Assembly: GCF_006345805.1 (NCBI RefSeq)
Contig: NC_042999.1
Coordinates: 46,934,001-46,998,000, forward strand
From: Octopus sinensis
Lineage: Eukaryota
Direction of reading: 5' to 3'
Length of the DNA stretch: 64,000 nucleotides
The position numbers and the translations under genes are program-made. Below the pieces are notes generated by a model. That model searched no databases, had not been told where the DNA came from, and worked only from the letters and a program-made list of their open reading frames with translations. How positions within the stretch are numbered: position 1 is the stretch's first letter; each line of letters opens with the position of its first letter. Positions 51,266 to 64,000 of this stretch are shown here, piece by piece.

Positions 51266-51620
51266 TATACAAAAATTGATAGAGAGGAACGGGTAAGATC
51301 CAGGCTACATAAGTCTCGTAGCTAGCTGATCCTCTGATGTAATAATTACTCAGTGAGATATACTCAACTTTGCTACTCATTCAACTTATGAAGTTTCTTC
51401 GTACTTCGATATAGGAAAGAGTGTGTAACATTTGATATGCGATGGTAATAAATTTTTATTCTTCTTGATATTATATTGTCCACATTTTGCATTCTATACC
51501 GGTCAGGTATATTACACCAAGATACACATCTATACATCCATGCACATATATGTACATACATATCTATCTATTTATCTATCTATCAGTCTGTCTGTCTGTC
51601 TGTCTATAGATTTACGTATA

Positions 51621-51624
<4 letters not shown>

Positions 51625-51688
<64 letters not shown>
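51625..51688. repeat. (TG)n microsatellite
   Basis: Direct reading. Confidence 0.95.
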
Positions 51689-51689
<1 letters not shown>

Positions 51690-52057
51690 ATGCATAACGA
51701 TATATTCACACTGGTAAGTGTACGAAGAAGTCAAAAGAAAACATCACAAAATTTTCGAGCTAAATTTTTTTCTTAAGAGCTTTGTAACCACTAGTTAGTA
51801 CGTAAATCGACGCCTAGAGTCACGACATATCCCTAAGACATCCGATGTGTCCGTGGTAATATCATTACTAAGAAGAACATATCACGTCTCGCCTATAACC
51901 AAGCTACTAAAGATGGAAATGAGCAAAATAAATTCAACAGTAACAGATATTCTAGGAAGTAAGAGAGCGAGCTATAAAAGAATACGGACACAAACATGAT
52001 ACAATAAAGATAAAAAAGTGATATATAATTAAATGCGTAATCCACTTATAAAATGTA

Positions 52058-52637
52058 TTGATATGTCCGGAAAGTTCATGCCGATTTATAGTAGCTTACA
52101 TTTCGACTTATTTTAGAACACGGTTGAGTCCATAAAATATGATTTGACTACACCTCCATTTAGAGCACAGTTTAGGGTTATCTTTAGGCTATCTTTTCAT
52201 GGAAGAAGATTTATGTTCCTATAACCTGTGTTAATTCCGTAAGACTTTGAAATGGAAGATAAGAAAGTTCATTTTCGGCACTTGATGCTTTGGGAACCTG
52301 ACAAAAATTGCTGCAGCTCGGATGGGATGTGTTACTCCACCCTTCATATTCACCGGATATTGCTCCTTCAGATTTCTACTTATTCAGGTCTTTGCATATT
52401 CAGGTCTTAATGGTAAAAAATATCAATTCCTTGGATGACGTAAAAAGATACCTTGATGAAATCTTTGCCATGAAACCACATCAATTCTGGGAAGAGGGTA
52501 TTTTCAAGTTAAAGGGAAGATGGAGACGCATTGTGCAACAAAATGGTTCATATTTAGTTGATCAAAAATGTAATGGCTAGTATTTATTGACCTTTTCTTC
52601 CCTTTAAAAATCGGCACGAACTTTCCGGACAACCTAA
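52058..52637 (+). mobile_element. Internally deleted mariner (580 bp) with both TIRs
   Basis: TA TSDs. TIR tgtccggaaagttc[a/g]tgccgattt. MEDKKVHFRHLMLWE fused to LGWDVLLHPSYSPDIAPSDFYLFRSL (YSPDLAP motif). Confidence 0.92.
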
Positions 52638-53278
52638 TATTATGTGAATAATTTACATAATAAGCATGGAAGAAATGATTACGTCATTCAAATCTTATAT
52701 AACGAAACACAAGTACGTCAGTAAGTATATTCTGATACTAAGAATACAATGCAAAATACTAAAAGCAAAAGTCTTTTTCAGTAGTACATCTCAAGGAGGT
52801 AAACCCCAAAGCAAATTATTAATGACCAAGTTAATTTACAAAGCTCGATTTTAGAATCAAATGTAAACTTCGTGGATATAGCTGTTATAGTTGCCAAATT
52901 AATACAATTTCTCAGAGGCTTAGAATGCATTTACAACACTGAGCATTCATACAACATATTTAAGCGTAAAACCTGAGTATAATTGGCAATCATAAAGCAT
53001 ATTAAAACGTGACTGCAGACTTAGTCGAATAAAGGTAAAAAAAAAACTTTAGATGGTAATGTACATATATAAAAGAAGAATAGAAACACGACCACTATCA
53101 AATACCTATGTTAAATCCATTCCATGTCTTGAAGATGAGATTGTAAAGGAATGGAAACATCGAAAATAAATCTGGAAACTTTACTGTTCCAAACTAACTG
53201 CAAAAGACTGCTTGTAAATGGAAGAAACAATATGTTATAATGAAGAGAGAAATGACATGGTCGACATTTTAACGAAGC

Positions 53279-53334
<56 letters not shown>

Positions 53335-53502
53335 AAATTACGATGAACGTAAACAAAGAAACGAAGTTTGCTTTAGAAGCGTTCAGATGTCTGAGAAAGT
53401 TAAAGAGATGATTTTAATTCCTCAAATACAGGATATTGCTAACAATAAAGCCGAACAGGATGAGCTACCCCTATTTTGCAGAAAGAAAGCGTTGGCGGCC
53501 GG

Positions 53503-53548
<46 letters not shown>

Positions 53549-54054
53549 CGTTTAGTGGATAGAGGCTGCTCTTTCACAGGGATGTATTTTATCCAAGTGT
53601 ACACCCGTTTAGCTCCATATCGATTAATGTACTTTGGATTTCATTAATTTGTGTTAGTATTAGTGTTAACGCTTAAGAAGTTCCAGTTGTCGCTATAGAA
53701 GTTTTCATCCTTTCGATATAGGAAAACAGAATTTCAATAATATGATATAATGGAGAGTTTAAAAAGAAAAAAAAATTAATTTGTTTATATAATATCGCCT
53801 ACGTGCGTTTCAGTTTCTTAGCTCCGTTCATATTTTTCAATTAAGATAGCACTACGCATTTAAAAGATAAAAATTTCTTCAGAGTTTCAATTTTAGCCCT
53901 GAAGAGATTTTAATTGCAAAATATGAATGAAGGTAAGTTATTGAAATGTACGTATGCGATATGAAGTTGACTATTATATAAATAAATTGATTTTTTCTAT
54001 GTTCAAACTCTCCGTTTTCCTTATATTATGCATATACTTACATACGTATCTATC

Positions 54055-54063
54055 TATATATAT

Positions 54064-54106
<43 letters not shown>

Positions 54107-54122
54107 ATGTATGTATATATAT

Positions 54123-54153
<31 letters not shown>

Positions 54154-54183
54154 CATACTATATATATATATATATATATATAG

Positions 54184-54247
<64 letters not shown>

Positions 54248-54674
54248 CATATATATATTCACACAAACATGCTCATTCATAGATATGTATGTGTACACGT
54301 GTATATATATATACACACATATATATGTATATATATATACATATATATATATGAATGTATATATGTAAATAAGAAGATAAACAGAAGTAGACATGAAGAG
54401 TAAATTTATATTGAATAAAAATAAAAAAATTAGAAAACAAACTAAAGAAATGGAGTCGTGTAATAGTCTTATCATGAAAGCTGTTCTGAGTGAACCATGC
54501 CTTACATAGCCATGTTCTTTACATTGCAAAAATACCTTAATATCATATATGCATGGAAGAACTGGAGTTCCTGTGTGTCCATCACCGGCAGCAGAAGAAA
54601 GTGGTTAAAACTGTATTTAATGATAGTGTTTAGAAATACACACACATACACACGTACACACAAACACACATGTA

Positions 54675-54754
<80 letters not shown>

Positions 54755-54792
54755 TATATGTATATGTATATATATATACATATATATATATA

Positions 54793-54832
<40 letters not shown>

Positions 54833-54935
54833 TATATGTATATGTATATATATATACATATATATATATATATTATATATATATATATATATTATATATA
54901 TATATATATATTATACATATATATACATATATATA

Positions 54936-54984
<49 letters not shown>

Positions 54985-54990
54985 ATATAT
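54055..54990. repeat. Two long interrupted (AT)n tracts (54055-54365, 54670-54990)
   Basis: Direct reading. Confidence 0.95.
54506..54610 (-). other. Candidate 105-bp symmetric (phase 2-2) exon
   Basis: aaatacag| acceptor (weak), TAT|gtaagg donor, open frame [34 protein letters not shown]. Unique island between AT tracts. Confidence 0.2.
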
Positions 54991-57118
54991 AAAATAAATA
55001 TATGGTAAAATCTGGCGTGTGATTGAGTGGATTTCATCCAGATAGTTTTGGCTGAGGAGCTACAAGTGGATTTTTTTGTAAGTAAAATTACATTTAATTC
55101 ATTAATAGCGAAACAATTGTCCCAAAATAATATGTATTTTTGTTATTTTTTATTTGCCCTGTCCGTGTGAGCTAACAATCGTACTGACTTTCATGGGAAA
55201 CATGTATTTTTGTGGTTGAAACCTTTTGGATTAACTGGTGCTAGAGTGAGCCATATAGTGACCACTCTCTTATATTTATTTTGTAAAAATATTATAATAT
55301 ATTATAAAATATTATAATAATCCAGGTTTCTCGGAGCACTAGGCCACTTGGTGTTGAATAGATATACTATTAAATTAGTATCTAATTCTCTCACCCTTAT
55401 TAATTAATTATATATATATATATATATATATACATTTCATATATATATATATATATATATACATATATATTTCCGTATACATACACCCACACACACATTC
55501 ACACACCCACACACTTATATATATACATGCCTGTATTGATGAGAGGGAGAATTGTTCTAAACGAGTTACTGCACTGACTATGTAAATTAGATAAGCAATA
55601 TATGTCTATATTTGTATGCGATACGTTATCAGTATAGCTAATCAGAAGTCATTGCCTGAACAAGATTTTCCATGTATTTTTGTAGTGAAATTTATCGTGC
55701 ATGTAAGGTGCAAGCTTTGAAACGATTTATAACGAATATTGAATCTACAATTATCTTCACTTAGTATCTTCTTTTTTAGTACTGAGCACCCCGAATATAA
55801 GGTGGAGCCTCATGTTTTAAACATCAAGTTAGAAATATTTCCATCTATATCTACCTATCTATTTCTCTCTCTCTCTCTCTTTCTCTCTCTATCTATCTCC
55901 CTCTCCCTCTCTCTCTCTCCCTCTCTCTCTCTCTCTGTATATATATATACATACATGGTTATACAGATATGTAAGTATGAATGCATATATATACATATGC
56001 AGGTACATATAAACACACACACATACGCACATACACACACGCACACACACACGCAATATTTATATACGTCATACATATGCACAAACGTTTATAACAATTG
56101 TTTGTATGTACCGTTGTACATGAACATTTATATGTAATTTCTTAGTGTGAATAATTGTATATGGGTGTGGACATGCGCACAGGCACAAACATAGATACAC
56201 GCACACAGAGGAAGATAGATAGATTTAGAGTCAAATGTATACATATATGCTTGTGATTACACCTGTACTTGTGTAAACTGTAAATTAATTGCGTAAATAG
56301 CTATAAAATTTCTAAACTTTGATGCGTTCTTTAAGTATTCAACTATAGTGGTATTTTTTTAAAGTTATTAGGTGAATCCATTTTATCTCATAGGATTTGT
56401 TTTAAAATTCTGAGTTTTTCTCGTTTCTTACTATCTATGGTTCATTCAACCAATAAAATAATCAATAAAGTTACATGTTTCACAGATTTTGTCTGTTATA
56501 TCACGCAATACAGTGTTCTGTCTTTTCATAAATTGTGCGAATAAAGTGAGTAAAATTGAACAAAGCAAGCTTACCGTTCAAAGATGCATAACATGAAATC
56601 AATTTTCTGTTTTTAGTGAAAACTCCACAACAAAAGATACAACTGGAAACTAATTTGAATGAATGCAGGGAGAAAAAAAAATTAAAAAAAGTCCACGCAA
56701 TAAAGTAATGAGAAAAGGTACACGGAAAACTAAAATGTATAAATGATAAACAAAAGTTGAGAAAGTGAAAAATAAGTGGAACCCTATTTCTTAATACTTC
56801 TTTACAAATTATACGATCGTTTTATTCAATGTCAGTAACATCTGAACTGATTACTCAACAGCTGTAAGTGAATTGTTTCACTGAATGGCATAATGATAAT
56901 AAGAAATGTTCTTTCTTCTAAAGGCACAAAGCCTGAAGTTACAAGGGAGGTAACTAGTCGTTGATATCGGGCTCAGTGCACTCCTGAGAATTATTCATTC
57001 CGAGAGGATGTAAGCCTAAGTAAGCTACACCAGAACTGGGACTCAGTACGTGATGCTCGTCAAAATGACGCTAAGTAATTTGTCCAGCGTGCTAAACATT
57101 CTGGAACTTCCCCGCCTT

Positions 57119-57400
<282 letters not shown>

Positions 57401-57931
57401 TGCCCTGATGCAGTACCAGACAGTGGCTCTCATGGCTTCTGAACTTAACTGATTGGAAGTGCTATCATTGTATTGTTTTGTCTTGGTATCAAAGATGGGC
57501 TGCTCAATACCACAGATTTGCTTGTCAGTTGTTTGACCTTAACCAGTTGACCTTAGCGGCTGACGATATGTGCATCTCTGATCATGAGCAGAAGTAGTGG
57601 GGGTGTATCATAGCCGTGTGTTGAAAGTAATTCTTAGAGGTTTGGATAATTCACCTGTAGAAACGTGGGTGGTTCGTTCAACATCCTTAAAAATCCTTAT
57701 TCAGGAACCTATTGAGCGGGATGGGCTATTCGACCAGAGGAAAATTCTAACTGGGCCCCACCTGCAAGGTCATGTACTGTTTATCTTGATATGAGATCAC
57801 CAAGTCGCGCACATTTGTTTGTGATGCCGCTGTCTGGTGCACCCTTATCAGACAGGCAGTCACGATGGGTATACTGAGTGTCTTATATTTTACCCCAGTG
57901 TCACTTTGATGGCATGCGCGCTCTCTCACTC
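57401..57931. mobile_element. Unclassified ~530-bp non-coding element embedded in AAT-type tracts
   Basis: GC-richer block with sharp junctions into (TAA)n/(CAA)n on both sides and no coding motifs. Repetitiveness is inferred, not shown in the window. Confidence 0.5.
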
Positions 57932-57937
57932 AATAAT

Positions 57938-58036
<99 letters not shown>

Positions 58037-58194
58037 GTAAAAATAGCGCCAGCCTTGACGGCAGCTAGACATGTTCTTCGCTGCTCCGACCAATCACCTA
58101 CCGAAGACACAAAAGCTAATACAATCCAGTAGGAGAACGGGAAAATAACTCTCAAAGACTGGAATATCTACAATTTCCTGTGAGTTGAGGAACT

Positions 58195-58535
58195 TACATA
58201 TCTACAGTTTTCGAACACACAAACGATCAGCTTTAAAAACTTTTATATCTACAACTTCTGTGAATACCTATCCTTTTCGAAAATGTAAAAATCTTTTTTA
58301 TTCTACGAACACTGCAGTTTTCTCTGTTCGGACATACAAATGATCATTTTTAGTAAATTTTGCAAACTTTAATATCTACAGCTGTGAAAAATTTACCCTC
58401 CTTTTCTTTCATTTCCTTTCTCCCTGAGTATTTGAAAATGTAAACATCCTTTTTATTGCAAGAGCTCTACAGTCTTCTCTGATCGGACATACAAACGAGC
58501 ATCTCTAGATAATCTAAAGAATTTAATATCTACAA
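58195..58535 (+). repeat. Degenerate ~155-bp tandem repeat
   Basis: gaaaatgtaaa.atc.tttttatt...cagt.ttctctg.tcggacatacaaa.ga.cat...tttaatatctaca at ~58278 and ~58434, plus a partial third copy. Confidence 0.75.
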
Positions 58536-58630
58536 TTTTACATTATTTATATTTGACGGATATTTGCAGACCGATTGTAGATATGAATATCATATGGGAA
58601 ACGGTACTAAAGTAGGATAGGAAAATATTA

Positions 58631-58768
58631 GGCATATGGCCTAGTGGTTAATAGCGCGGGCTACTTAAGCCAAGATTCTGAGTTCGATTCCAGCCGAAAC
58701 AAATATCCGTCAACTGCAAATAAAGTAAATAACGTTCATAATTCCCTGTCTCTCAAATATGGAACTGT
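58631..58768 (+). mobile_element. Internally deleted tRNA-headed SINE (family E)
   Basis: A box tggcctagtgg, B box gagttcgattcc, then cagccgaaac joined to caaatatccgtcaa..., which is shared with 63560-63600. Confidence 0.8.
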
Positions 58769-59009
58769 ATTATCTACAAGTTTAATCTTTCTTTTCTCCC
58801 TGACTACCCTAATATTGAAACAACACAATAAAATGCACGAAAAAAAAATTAAATAACTGAGGCGGTAAGCACCTGCTAATATATACAAACTGCAACATTA
58901 CAAAAAACTGTAAGCCACATCAAAACCTATGAAAAGAAAAGAAAAGAATTTAGAAATTCAAAAACTCAATGATGTGAATATCAGTGCGTGTGTATATATA
59001 TATCTATAT

Positions 59010-60280
59010 ATTATTATTAATATTCTTATTATTATACCATTATTATTATTTCTTTCTTCATATTTTCTTCCGTTTCTCGCCGAGTGTTTGCCGTACACTT
59101 AGGGTACATTGTATGCATTCCCCGATTACACACGCAAATTCACAGGTAAAATATGTATTTAAAAAATAAATAAATTCATAAATGGATGTTGTTTTCACAG
59201 CGATAATGCTCTTCTCAGTAAATGAGCCATTCCACATAACACGATTTTTTGCACTTCCTGTAGGGATGGTAAGCCTGCTATCGTTTTCAAATAGGTTTCA
59301 GTACCTTTTTTATTTAATAACTCCTAGCGATTCTACAATCACTGGTGCTGTAGTCGCCTTGAGATGCCACATTTTTCACTTTCTATTAGTAAGTCTTTAT
59401 CTTTACTGATCTTGTCAAATTCTTTCGCCCCTATATTGAGATCGCAAGGAATGCTCACGTCAATTAATAAACACACCTTTTTTGTCTAGTCTTTTATAAT
59501 AAAATCCGGTTTATTAGCTTTTATAGTTTTGTCGGTATATACGGGGAAGTCCCATAGAATCGACACATTTTCTCCCTCAGTCACAGCTTCAGGATGGTGT
59601 TTATACAATTTGTCAGCGGTTTTGATTTTATAATACCGACATATTGTCCAGTGTAAATACTGGCCGACTCTGTCGTGTCTTGCTTTATATTCTACAGGTG
59701 CTAAGATTAGGTAGTCTATAGTCTCAATCTCATCGTTACAGAATCGGCATTTGGGTCAGCTCCATATTTTATCACATTGGTTTGGTAGTTCTGGGTTAAT
59801 AAGCTTTGGTCTTGAGCAGCTAATATGAAACCTTCACTCTCTGCTTTTAGCCATGAGCTTCGTAACCATTGATGCGTGTGTTTCTGGTAGACATCAGCTT
59901 GTTTGCTACGGGCCACATTACTTGTCATGCAGAGGTCTCTGTTCCCATCTGCTAGCTGATTTTTTCTGTGTTTTGTCTTTGCAATTAATTTTATTTTCTA
60001 TGCAGCAGCAGTTGGCGCATTTCTTTCAACCTGATCAATCTGGTAGGTATCTTAGAGATCAGTAGCGAATGTTTTGCTCTCTTTCAGAATAGAGTGAAGT
60101 TTTTTCGGTCTTTCGTGTTATTCAACAAGTTTTAGCATCCAATCGTTGGTTTTTTCAAGGTATTTGGCCAGTCGGATTGTGGTAGTTTCAAGCTAGATCA
60201 AGCCTCGACATCCCTGAGCTCTGGGAAGTTAAAAACGAGCCACGTCTGCCTCTGGATATTACAAGTCAGTAGCTTGCGGA

Positions 60281-60282
<2 letters not shown>
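59010..60282 (-). mobile_element. 5'-truncated R4/Dong-clade non-LTR retrotransposon with complete 3' end
   Basis: KIRKLLT; THQWLRSSWLKAESEGFILAAQDQSLLTQNYQ; RHDRVGQYLHW; ILWDFPVYTDKTIKANKPD; IDVSIP; LGVI..QEVQKIVLCGMAHLLRRAL* (RLE domain). AAT tracts at both ends. Confidence 0.85.
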
Positions 60283-60335
<53 letters not shown>

Positions 60336-60658
60336 TCTATCAGTAATAAAAGATAGAAGAAGATGAACTGGTTGTTTTCAAGGCCAAGGTCAGCGCTTAC
60401 CTTGATCGCTAGTAGTAGTAAGCACATTTAAAGAGTGTGAGGCTTTTTTGTCTTCTTATCGCACAGGAATGTTTATTGCTGACCTCTTCACCATTTGCCG
60501 AATCTATTTACTGATTCGGCAATTTTTACTGATTTTGGTCAATTCATCAAGCTGCTTCTCTTCCTCCTACTATTCCCTTCAACCGCACGTATTTAGGATT
60601 GTCTCAAGTACAAGACAAACTAAACAACATTTAATGATACCATTTAATAATAAATAGA

Positions 60659-60659
<1 letters not shown>

Positions 60660-60710
<51 letters not shown>

Positions 60711-60755
60711 GTAATAATAAAAATTATACTAATAATAATAATAATTAAAACAATA

Positions 60756-60822
<67 letters not shown>
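60660..60822. repeat. (AAT)n tract
   Basis: Direct reading. Confidence 0.95.
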
Positions 60823-60825
<3 letters not shown>

Positions 60826-63530
60826 GAAGGGAGTGGTTGGAATCTCCCCATGTCCTGATTAATGATACATCTCGTAATGGTGTCACAATAAAAACACTGG
60901 TAATTGCGCAACCCGAGAATCACTACCTCATATGAGTGACAATGTAAAGAAGGAAAATATTGTGAATAGCGGTGGTATTGAAACTGAAACTCTTGATGGT
61001 GACAGTGTTGTACCCGGCAGCCTCAGAGATATTGTTTGAATCCAGCCTGTCTTTATACAGCAAGGAAACAGCACACGGCATAGATGGAACAAACAAGTCA
61101 ATGTCGTTTATCATGGAGTGTTACTACCTGAGCAACCCTGTAGACGAAAATGGTGTTCCTATTAGGGAATAACGACAACGTATGTATGATCAATGGAGAG
61201 AAAAGGGATTGTTTCAACTCACTGAAGAGAATATGTGATTAAGTTAGAGCAATAAGAAAAAAATCACTGTTTCACAGAAGTAGAGCTCGACGCTATCAAA
61301 CGATGGATATTGGAAAACAGAAGCAGGTGAACCGATGAAGATACTGTCCTTACTGTTAAATGTAATCTCATAGCAGAAAACATAGGTGAGATCTCTAATA
61401 AGCCACAAGGAAGGAACAGTGGTAGATTGCTCGCTGAGAGACTCATGGATGGTTTGGAAGAAGACAATAAAACTATTGGTGATATGACAGATAGGCAAAA
61501 GACAATCTACGACAGAATAAAGGTAAGGCTACAAGAGTATGATAGCGGCATTATTTCCAGCTTTAAAAAGTTTGATCGGTGGAAATTGAACCAAGAAACG
61601 AAACATTTGAATGGAATTCTGAAATACATCAAACGAAAAAGTATCTCAGAAACAAATAAGCTGATCAAGGCAGCAGCTATTGTTGTAGCAGAAAATCTGT
61701 GTGTGTCCATGTCAAGAAAAAGAAACGTAATGGGAGTGATAAACGAAAAGATCCATGGTGAAAAAAAATGAATACAGGCCGAAAAGTAAAGGGAGAGGTT
61801 TAAAAGCGAACAAAAGTACAAGACACTGAACAGGAATTATAATATTGAAAGAAAGGGCCAGAAAATGATCATGGGAAGCTGAAGCAGCGCCACTTTGCAA
61901 AGGAAGCAGAGATTGTAAAATACGACCAATGAACGAAGGGGTAAGGTTATTCAGAGTAGATCTGAAGAAATTCTACAAAGAAAGAAATGCAGAGTGTACA
62001 GATGAAAAGTTGATACCAAATAACATTGAAAGTCAAATGTTTTGGGAGCACAAGAAGGATGCTGAATGATTGCCAGAACTGAAACAAACAGTAGTTTGTC
62101 TAAAACAGACAGAGGTAGTCATTTCAATTAGGGAAGAGAAGGAAATCAGCCAAATAAAATAGGCAACTGGAGTTCAAGGCTACTGGAACAAAAGATTTGG
62201 TGGCTGTCATGCGCGAAATAGCTGCGCAACTCAACACCTTGTTAAATGCCGACCAAGGAACACCAGAGCGGTTGACAATGGGTAGGACATTGCTATGCTT
62301 GAAAAACATCGAAAACGCCAATACGGTAGACAATTACTGGTCTATATCCTGCTTGACACTTATGTGGAATTTTAGATTGGAATATTCGCAGAGTCAATGT
62401 ACGCACATCTGGAAAAAAATGGAGTCCTACCACACGATCAGAATTGTTGCAAGCGTGAGTGCAGAGGTACCAAGGATCAACTCGTAGTAGACAAAACTGC
62501 ACTTAGAGACTGCAAGAGGGGAGACACTGACTTGACCATGTCGTGGATCGATTACCGAAAGGTGTACGATATGATCCCACATTCTTGGATTATGGAATGT
62601 ATAAACCCATTTGGTATTTCATCGAATGTTGAGCGAATGCTTGGGAAAAATATGGCGAAGTGGAGGACGGAACCGACAGTATTTAGAACAAGTGTTGGGA
62701 CAATACAAATCATGAGAGACATATTCCAAGGGACTACCTGTCCCTAGTGATCTTTGTACGATATTGTATTCAAGAATCACTAACAACCACTTATTATTCA
62801 TGGTAAAGATGAATCTTAAGTCAGTCCCCTCGTCAATATGGAGCCCATCATCCACGGGAGGACACTGATCGCCTATACATGAAGCGTGGAAGACTGTGTC
62901 CGTATCTAACTCGAGAGTTTAATGAAATACCTCGCCCAAAGTAAGGAAACCTTGCTAGTGACAGTTAGAAATGAGGGAATATTGAGAGCGGTTTAAAAAA
63001 GGGGAACAAAAGAAGTACAAAAAGGACATATACAAGAATTACCCAAGAAGGGACTATCAATCAATTTCAAAGTGGGATTGGCTGATTAAAGGAACCCTAA
63101 GAAAAGTGATCGATGGTACTAAAATGGCAGCGGTTGACAAGGTGCGCCACAAATGCTATATAGTTGACGTTGCATGCCTCTTTGACTGACGAGTACTCAA
63201 GAAGGAAGGCGAAACAAACGATAAACAGATACAACCCTCTTAAGTACAAAATAACTCGGCTATGGAAAATGAAGATAGTGCCAATTATTGTTGGGTCCTT
63301 GGAAACAGAATCACAAAGCATCAAGATGAATATAAAGGAAATTGGAATTGAGTGCCCAGTAGAACTGGCACAACATGTTCGGCTCCTTGCCACGGCCAGA
63401 ATAATATTAAAAATATTAGATAGCTAAAAAGAACGAATACCATGGTGCTGTAGGCTGCAGGTAGTAAGCCCGGTACGCATGCGATATTCCATGAGCTTTA
63501 GAAAAACCTGTGATAAAGCGAAAACAGCAA
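60823..63530 (+). mobile_element. Degenerate, internally deleted R4/Dong-clade retrotransposon
   Basis: SISETNKLIKAAA; [12 protein letters not shown]; [18 protein letters not shown]; RDIFQG; RLWKMKIVPIIVGSL...LLATARII. 5' junction directly on (AAT)n. Confidence 0.88.
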
Positions 63531-63559
63531 CAACAATAGTGATGATGATGATGATACAT

Positions 63560-63687
63560 TATTTACATTATTTGCATTTGACGGATATTTGTCCTCATCT
63601 TGTTTTTAACTCAACGTTTCTCCAGCCTTCATCAGGTGTCTTGAGGAAATTTCGAACATGGATTCTCATTCCCAAGGTATTTTTCGA

Positions 63688-63746
<59 letters not shown>

Positions 63747-63751
63747 TTATA

Positions 63752-63790
<39 letters not shown>
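63560..63790 (-). mobile_element. Headless copy of family E with hammerhead relic and (AAT)n spacer
   Basis: Minus: (aat)n aacatcgaaaaatacc...gacac-CUGAUGA-aggctgga-GAAAC-GUU|gagtt...caaatatccgtcaaatgcaaataatgtaaataa. Confidence 0.75.
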
Positions 63791-63795
<5 letters not shown>

Positions 63796-63817
63796 GATGA
63801 TGATAGTGATGATGAAG

Positions 63818-63863
<46 letters not shown>

Positions 63864-63916
63864 TAATAATAATAATAATGATAGCAATAAAAAAAATTAT
63901 AATAATAATAATAATA
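63688..63916. repeat. (TAT)n-(GAT)-(AAT)n strand-switching microsatellite
   Basis: Direct reading. The two arms are reverse complements. Confidence 0.95.
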
Positions 63917-64000
63917 CGGAAAAGGCAGAAAAACAGGAGGTAGAGAAGAAAAATAAGAAAACAAGATGAAGAAAAGGAAGAGTAAATGAAGAAAGGGATG

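Noticed and set aside
53954-54997. Long ORFs of poly-(YI), poly-(CV), poly-N/D/I here and elsewhere in the ORF track
   Set aside because: Translations of (AT)n, (GT)n and (AAT)n microsatellites, which lack stops in some frames.
57690-57790. Possible HDV-like ribozyme in the AAT-embedded element
   Set aside because: Could not build the nested double pseudoknot; the candidate L3 is too short.

Overview
AT-rich, microsatellite-dense eukaryotic DNA. From its SINE families and repeat landscape I infer an octopod cephalopod (Octopus-like); this is not proven. No host protein-coding gene can be called confidently, and most ORF-track entries are microsatellite artefacts. The window is a layered transposon graveyard. 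It holds at least five tRNA-headed SINE types (including a dimer that retroposed as one unit), non-autonomous Helitrons, Tc1/mariner relics, a 6-bp-TSD MITE, RTE, L1/Tx1 and CR1-like LINE relics, Penelope-like fragments, and two divergent R4/Dong-clade elements nested in (AAT)n tracts. The most interesting signals are: (1) minimal type I hammerhead ribozymes, one near-intact at 40068-40154 and two degenerate; (2) two complementary-deleted copies (58631-58768 and 63560-63790) that together reconstruct a tRNA-headed, hammerhead-bearing short retroelement; (3) a ~300-bp palindrome (33906-34204) holding two divergent TATA + tRNA-like Pol III units; (4) a 151-bp CCAAT+octamer tandem array inside a long target-like duplication at a Tc1 end; (5) several foldback and inverted-repeat structures that could be ADAR substrates. 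All identity and alignment statements were made by eye.
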